From: Eledone cirrhosa
Lineage: Eukaryota
Length of the DNA: 64,000 bases
Direction of reading: 5' to 3'
Assembly (NCBI GenBank): GCA_964016885.1
Contig: OZ024740.1
Location: 406,348,001-406,412,000, forward strand
The position numbers were made by a program, and so were the translations under genes. Below, one piece after another: positions 56,961 to 64,000 of this stretch (positions are counted from its first letter, which is position 1; each line of letters begins with the position of its first letter). Under the pieces are notes generated by a model, which worked only from the letters and a program-made list of their open reading frames with translations, had not been told where the DNA came from and did not search any database.

Positions 56961-58125
56961 ACTTGTAACTTAGCAATGGAAACTCATTACATTTGTGAAT
57001 TGTGAAACAAAAACTATACTCCAGATGACTCTTGAAACATTTTAAACATCCAAATATTAAAACTTCATAAATATATTTAATACTCATGAGAATTTCAAAA
57101 CCATGCCATCTAAACAATGCCTTGGCTTATAAATGGGTTTGGGATTTTTGCCCATTTCTAAGACATAAAATAGGGGTTGGTGGACTTATATTCGGATAAG
57201 CTTATATTCAAGTATATATGGTATATAGTGTAGTAAACAGATGAACATTCTAAAAGGACAATCTATTGCAAACTGCCATGAACAGAGCATTGACTGAACC
57301 AAGAAACAAGCAGCAGGATATTGGAATATTACAATAGATAAGGTTATTAAAAATAAACAAACTTTGAAGGAGGACATGACAAGAGGTAGCAAAAAATTAT
57401 ACAAAGAAGCAAAACAAAATGCAATATGGAGGGACTTTTTCTTGAAAAGAACTTAGAAGAGGAAATGATAATGAGTACATTCACCACAAATGACAGATGG
57501 TTAACCAGTCTACACATGTATTCAAATTGATTTTGAAAATCTTCAAAAATTTGGAAAGATTTCATAAAATAATTAAGCTGGAGTATGGAACATTATTTTA
57601 AAATTTATCTTTAAATTTTTGTTTGAAGGTTTTGATATAAATATGGAAGTTTTTAATATAAAATTTATTTTAAAATTTTTGATGGAAGGTTTTAATATAA
57701 ATATTTTAAAATGAGGAGTTTTGTATCATAAAACCAGTACAGTATTAGGCAGTGCGGTATCAAAACAGTAAATACAAATATTTTAAATTAAAACATCATC
57801 CTAACTATGGGGTGTGAAACTTGAAGAAACTTGTTCTCAGAAAATAAGTGAGCCAATGTAGAAACTTCTATATAGTAAAAACATCAGCCAAATTCCCCTC
57901 TAATTATACCTCATCTTAAAAAAGGTCACATTGGATAATGTAATTCTGAATACATTATTTGAAAATATGATGTGATGACCATGGTTGGAATGCTCCGATT
58001 GATCATAGATCTGTTTAATCAAAGCTGACCTGGAGCTAAACAGCAACGATCACCAAACTAACCATGTAGTACATACAGAGCACTCAATGTAATATTTTGT
58101 TGTGTGTACAAGGATGAAGGCTTAC

Positions 58126-58374
58126 TTTACTGAACAGTTCTTCCCATTAAGCCAGAATTTAATACGTCAATGATGTAGATAAGACAGATGCTGCTCTATT
58201 TAAAGAGAAAACACTTGTCACAACTATTTGTATCATTTGTAACAGGTGAGTAGAAAAGAATTATTTTAGATGGCGCTGATGTTTATTCTACTTGGCAAGA
58301 TTAGAAAATATTCTTAACCCCTCTTCAAATACATATACATAGAGTTGACTTCAGACACAGTCACAGTAAAACGT
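58126..58374 (-). other. Candidate non-coding/UTR exon of a host gene
   Basis: Minus strand: TACTAAC branch point (58403-58409), T-rich tract, GCAG acceptor, 249 nt of unique sequence with stops in the frames checked, AA|GTAAG donor. Confidence 0.5.
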
Positions 58375-59807
58375 CTGCATCAGAAGAAAAAAAAACAATT
58401 CTGTTAGTAAGTGGATCATAACTACATCAAGAATCATCTATATAGGTGTGTGTAAGTGTAGACATCATTTTACAAGAATAGTTACGACTAACAAGATCTT
58501 CTGAGCACTAAATATCTATTGACATTTGCCACTAGCACTATTTCCATAGACATAAACTGCTTCATAACTGATGTTCTTCTAGACTATTAGTTAATATCAC
58601 TATAACTAAACTGATTCCATACAGCTCCTCTTTGTTTTCAACAGTCCATTGCAAAGTTTATTCTTCTGATTCTTAAATACATTTCCATTTTACAAACACA
58701 CATGAACAGATGGTTTAGTAGACAAAGAAACAAACATAAACACTTCACAATAGGAAATTTCTTCTCTATAACTTCAAATCCCAGTTGTCTTGACTTCATT
58801 TTATATCCTACTGGGTCAATAAAATACTTACCTAAAAGACATGATCTAATTAACTAAAGATGACCCTTACGACAACCTAAGGTCATTATATTTCATGTAT
58901 TTATAGTGGAATAGGTGGAGTGGGTGATTACTATATATGATGTGTGTTCCGGGGGGAGGGGGGGGACTGTCTGCATACAATTAGATATTGATATTTCTGT
59001 AATGGAGTGCTAAGATGGGTGTTGTCGTTTTAATGCCGCTATCAGAAAAATATGGTTTGTACCTATTTAGGACTAAATGTATGTGGCTGGAGGGTTGGAT
59101 GTGCAGCTCAGGTAAGTACAAGATGAGCTGCTTATATAATGGTTGCATATGCTATTAATTTTGTTTTGTCAAATGATGATATGTGTCTATTGGTGTGACA
59201 CTGTCGGATCAAGTGCTTCTGTGTGTATTTCTGGGAGCTATTGGGGTCTGCTGGTGAGCTGTATGTGGAGTTGTGCTCATTTGAGCTATGCAAACCTAGG
59301 TATGTATTTGTTAGTGTGGATACATAATAGTGTGTGCAAATGTACTATGATGACCTAGGGTGTATGTTCCAGTGCGTGCATGTACAATGTATGTTGGGAA
59401 AAGTGTCTTACCCTCCTGGATCATGAGGAGGTCTGAAGTTGCAGTAGGTTTTGTAAATCCGGTAATTGCAGGAGGTCACAAGTTCATATATATATATATA
59501 TATATATATGAAAAATCAATGTTGTCTCCAATCAAGACGAAACAAAAATGTATTTGAATACATATAAAAATGAGAAAACTCATCGCTAGAACAGAGGTTA
59601 AAACAGCTAAATGCTGTCAAAGACACCGATGGGCAAAATTGCCTCAGAGGACAGAGACTAGTGGCCAGTGGTCAGTGGTCAAAGGAGAGACAATCCACAA
59701 GGTGGGTGACAGGCAGATGAACTATATAAAAGACTGAAAGAGGAGGAGGACAAGGAGAAGTTTGTTGGCACATAGAAGTGACTGGAAGAAGAAAACAAAG
59801 AAAGGTG

Positions 59808-59867
<60 letters not shown>

Positions 59868-60218
59868 ATCATCATCATTCATCATCATCATTTCATTTTA
59901 CGTCCGCTTTTTCCCTGCTTGCAAGGGTGGGACGGGAACTGATTCTGGCTTGATTTCTACAGCTGGATGCCCTTTCTAACACCAACCTCATTTACAGTGA
60001 GTGCTGGGTGCTTTTTTGCCGTGGCACCTCCACGACCACTTTGCAGTGGAATGATAGCGACCCCAGTCCCTATCATCTCATTTCTACAGCTGAGTAAACT
60101 GGAGCAATGTGAAATAAAGTGTCTTGCTCAAGGAAACAACACATCACCCGGTCTGAGATTTGAACTCACAACCTTTCGATTGCAAGGCCAATGCTCTAAC
60201 CACTAAGCCATGTGCCTC
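59868..60218 (-). mobile_element. Full-length tRNA/CORE SINE with RTE tail
   Basis: Reverse complement of 55562-55894. Confidence 0.93.
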
Positions 60219-60455
60219 CATAATATATATATATATATATAAGTGTATCAAACTAGATAAACTGAGTTTGTGCTAGTATGTTGAACTTTCCCACTCGCTC
60301 GATGAATTCATGGGACTTGCAATTCCAAAGCGCCAGTCCGTGATTCAGAGCGCACACCTTTAGTTATTAGTAGTAAGTTCTGGATTATGTGCGGGTGTTA
60401 AACAATTCAACCCGGACCAAACGCAATTATTGGTTTCTACTCCATGAATATATAC

Positions 60456-60489
<34 letters not shown>

Positions 60490-60491
<2 letters not shown>

Positions 60492-60971
60492 TATTTACGT
60501 GGGTCGGGCAGGTCCTTTTCAGCACAGTATCTCTTCACTCACTGTATTCTTTCCTCATTTCCTCTGTGAGTTTTAGCATTTTGAGATCAGTTTGCACCAC
60601 ATCTGCCCAGGTCTTTCTTTGCCTACCTCTACTGCAGCTTCCTTCCACTGAGATGTGTTGCCACTTCTACACTCATCGATGATCCTCCATGCACATTACA
60701 TGTCCGTACCAACGCAGTCTTCTCTCCTGAACACCACCTCCGATTCCTCTTAAACCTCAGCTCATCCAATCCCTGCCTTTCTCTAACACTTACATTGCAC
60801 ATCCAACAAAGCATGGTTGCTTCATTTCTCTCCAGTCTATGCATGTCTTCTACTGTCACAGCCCATGTTTCACTACCATGCAGCATCGCACTTTGCATGC
60901 AGGTTTCATACAGTTCTAATTTTTGTACAAGGGAAAAACCTTTTGTAATCAACATTGGGAGTGGCTCTCTA

Positions 60972-60975
<4 letters not shown>
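60490..60975 (-). mobile_element. RTE LINE 3' fragment
   Basis: LPMLITKGFSL..LYETCMQSAMLHGSETWAVTVEDMHRLERNEA. Confidence 0.9.
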
Positions 60976-61021
<46 letters not shown>

Positions 61022-61093
61022 GTCCTGTAGAAGCCATTTCTATAATTAATTTTTGTTATATATATACACACGCACTCATATAGACATGCATAC

Positions 61094-61380
61094 CTCAATG
61101 AAAAACATGTGAAGGCCAGATTCCAATAACTTCTATTGTTGCATAACCATCATGATATGTATTTTTGTAGCTAATTGATTACATCATCAGACAAACACAC
61201 AATTCAATTGGCGAGGTCATCAGATTGCATGAACATAATAGATTTAGTTATGTTCCTTACAGCAAAAACAAGAACAAAACCAAAGAATTATTAATACGGA
61301 AGCAGCCAAATTAGTGATGTCACTGCCAAGATGGTCAGCCTCCTTTATTGGAATCAGGCCGTCACATGTTTTTCATTGAG
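61094..61380. repeat. Element bounded by 36-bp inverted repeats
   Basis: CTCAATGAAAAACATGTGAAGGCCAGATTCCAATAA versus TTATTGGAATCAGGCCGTCACATGTTTTTCATTGAG (two mismatches). Confidence 0.8.
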
Positions 61381-61561
61381 CTATTTAACTCTGTTCCTGT
61401 ACCACCCATGAGATACAACATCTATGATGGAAGATACAAATGACAGAGTGCTTTTTGCTTGTTACACCAAGGTCTACTGATTGGAAAGACTAGATCACAC
61501 ACCCAGTACCTAATAGTGAAACCACATAATGTAAAGAAAATAAACCCACTCAGAAGCATGC

Positions 61562-61641
<80 letters not shown>

Positions 61642-61643
<2 letters not shown>

Positions 61644-61978
61644 GCACATGGCTTAGTGGTTAGAGCATTGGCCTTGCAATCGAAAGGTTGTGTGTTCAAT
61701 TCTCAGACCGGGTGATGTGTTGTTTCCATGAGCAAGACACTTTATTTCACATTGCTCCAGTTTACTCAGCTGTAGAAATGAGATGATAGGGACTGGGGTC
61801 CATATCATTCCACTGCAAAGTGGTCGTGGAGGCGCCACAGCAAAAAAGCACCCAGCACTCACTGTAAATGAGGTTGGTGTTAGGAAGGGCATCCAGCTGT
61901 AGAAATCAAGCCAGGATCAGTTCCTGTCTCACCCTTGCAAGCAGGGAAAAAGCGGACGTAAAATGAAATGATGATGAT
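61642..61978 (+). mobile_element. Full-length tRNA/CORE SINE with RTE tail, after (GA)n
   Basis: Near-identical to 55562-55894. Confidence 0.93.
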
Positions 61979-61980
61979 AT

Positions 61981-62549
61981 ATATCACGATACATTAACGG
62001 AGCCATAGATTCTCGCCGTTCCCTGTAAATAATGTGCTCAAAGGAGAGGAAATCCTGAGCTCTCTAAAATACAATATGTTGAAAAGGTAACACACTAGAG
62101 AGAGATACAGTGCGCTATCAATAAAACAGGGAAAAACCACCAGTGTATGGAATCTATAACCTATGAAAGGCAGAGTATAGACACGATAATTAAAATATAA
62201 ATTAAAGCGTAAATAAATACCTCTATAACTATATAACACACGTACAAATCCAAAGTGATCTGTTTCGCCAGTAAGTTGTTGACGGAAATGAAATAACCCA
62301 GGTTCATCAGCGTGTGTAAGGCCATACATTTCAGACAACACTAAGAGACTTTTTAAAGCGACCGTCCATCTACACGTGAGAGAGAGAAGTCACAGCGTGT
62401 TTAAGGGCAGTGAACCAGTGGCCTCTGAGGGACGAGCTGCTAGAAAAAACAGCCCAAAACCACTCAGAGAAGTGTGCTCAACCAAACAGAGAGAGAGGAA
62501 AGACTGTTATAAGGAGCGAAATATCACGATACATTAACAAAGCCATAGA

Positions 62550-62554
<5 letters not shown>
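61981..62554 (-). mobile_element. Hammerhead-containing 540-bp unit with 34-bp terminal redundancy (retrozyme/PLE-like)
   Basis: 61981-62014 is repeated at 62521-62554 (three mismatches). Central hammerhead. Followed by a (TA)n tract. Confidence 0.72.
62236..62317 (-). ncRNA. Type I hammerhead ribozyme with full stem III
   Basis: ACACACG-CTGATGA-ACCTGGGTT...AACTTACTGGC-GAAACAGATC actttg GATTT-GTA-CGTGTGT. 7-bp stem I, 7-bp stem III, GUA site. A.C at the base of stem II where G-C is canonical. Confidence 0.87.
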
Positions 62555-62602
<48 letters not shown>

Positions 62603-62676
62603 AGAACAGATTAAAGTTTACGCAAAGAATCGCTGCTTACACCCTTAACGGGATATATATATATATATATATAATC

Positions 62677-62836
62677 ATCATCACTGTTTAATGCCCATTT
62701 TTCCATGCTTGCGTGGGTTAGACGGCTCGCTCACGTCATGAGAGAAGTCTAGCAGTTGACTGCCCTGTACCTTGCTCAGACAGAACTGTAATTTGGCAGG
62801 GATTTTTACAGCTGGATGCCCTTCCTAACACCAACC
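62677..62836 (-). mobile_element. RTE-tailed SINE 3' part
   Basis: CAGCTGGATGCCCTTCCTAACACCAACC and the tail complement on the + strand. Confidence 0.78.
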
Positions 62837-62948
62837 ACGCATATACACGCATATACTGGTTTATGTGTTCCAGCCGATAGTCTGAAGACATGCTTGGGCA
62901 CTGCCATACACACACACACGTGTATATACACACACAAACACACACATA

Positions 62949-63012
<64 letters not shown>

Positions 63013-63284
63013 CATACATACAAACACACACACATACATACATATATACACATATTTCCATATACACACACACATATTTTATCATTTTACATCTCTTTTA
63101 CCATGTTTGCTTAGGTTGGACCTGGGAAATATTCTTCATCCAACAACCATCAACTATAACCAATTGTCTCTTTACCATTTCATCATATTTCTGATCTTTA
63201 CTACCTTCTCCCCATCTTATCACCCCTCACCCAAAAGGTAGAGAGGGCTCATCACATGAGGCAATGATCGGCAACTTCCCACAA

Positions 63285-63600
63285 GTGCCATGGTAAAATG
63301 CACCCACTACACATTGTAAAATGGTTAGAAGTATGCCAAAAAGGGCGGAAAGGATCCTTCAGTCACAACATGACAACTGCAGTAGCGCTGGTGCTATGAG
63401 AAATGCACCCAGTACACCCTGTAAGGTGGTTGGTGATAGGAAGGCCATCCAGCTATAGAAACTATGCAAAAAAAAAAAAAAAGGGTTGGGAGGACTCTTC
63501 AGTTATGTCAAGAGTACAACAACCACTTGTGTTGGTGACATGATAAAACACACCCAGTACACTGTAAAATGGTTAGGAGTAGGAAGAGTATTCCTTTTAG
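63285..63600 (+). repeat. Three tandem SINE-body units
   Basis: GTG.(C/T)ATG..AAA..CACCCA.TACAC..TGTAA..TGGTT repeated three times. Related to 17790-18285. Confidence 0.6.
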
Positions 63601-64000
63601 AAAACTTTCCCCACAAAGGATAGCTACCCCAATTTATCAACAAATAATCAGTATCAGCCACAACACTGATGAAACGGAATCAGCTTTTTTTACCAATTGA
63701 TTGGTTTTGATAATCGGCAGTTATTGTTTTGGAGTAAGAAAACAATGGGTGAGGGAGTAATTTGGAAAACACATTAGATTTAAAATGTAGAAACATATAA
63801 GAAACATTAATTCCTCAGACACAATCTAAGCCCACCAGTCATATAACTGTTCCTAGTGCGTGCTGATTTATACAACTAGAAAATAAGTGGGACTGTCCAC
63901 CTACCCAACTGAGAGAATATATATTTAATTAACCTTTTTAAAAAAATAATGAATTTTAAAATTATAAAGATTCTGATTACAAGATATTAAAAAAAATCCG

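Noticed and set aside
57200-57540. Possible R4-like LINE remnant (also Jockey/I-like traces at 59000-59480 and a DSPAYDCG patch at 40470)
   Set aside because: Only weak motif resemblance, so it cannot be supported without a profile search.
60290-60360. Hairpin CGATGA-ATTCATGGGACT...AGTCCGTGATT as a hammerhead
   Set aside because: Lacks intact CTGANGA and GAAA, and only a stem is evident.

Overview
AT-rich eukaryotic non-coding DNA with no intact protein-coding gene. The repeat families (tRNA/CORE SINEs with RTE-type (ATG)n tails, very large (AT)n tracts, TTAA MITEs) suggest a cephalopod, probably Octopus (inference). The window opens with a ~7.6 kb compound (AT/AC) microsatellite, which accounts for all the long YIYI ORFs. 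The rest is a mosaic of decayed LINEs (RTE, Rex3-like, BovB-like, CR1-like, CRE-like), SINEs, piggyBac-like MITEs, Helentron-type non-autonomous elements and Penelope-like (PLE) remnants, including a GIY-YIG fragment. The most interesting layer is RNA structure, folded by hand. (1) At least five type I hammerhead ribozyme motifs: 8.8 kb (disrupted), 9.6 kb, a divergent pair at 35.1/36.1 kb inside a ~180-bp inverted repeat, and 62.2 kb inside a terminally redundant 540-bp unit that resembles an integrated retrozyme circle. (2) A recurring class of fold-back palindromes next to PLE-type remnants. (3) A decayed HDV-like ribozyme heading a short, internally deleted CRE-like element at 27.2 kb. One probable non-coding exon on the minus strand (58126-58374, perfect TACTAAC branch point) is bracketed by inverted young SINE copies.
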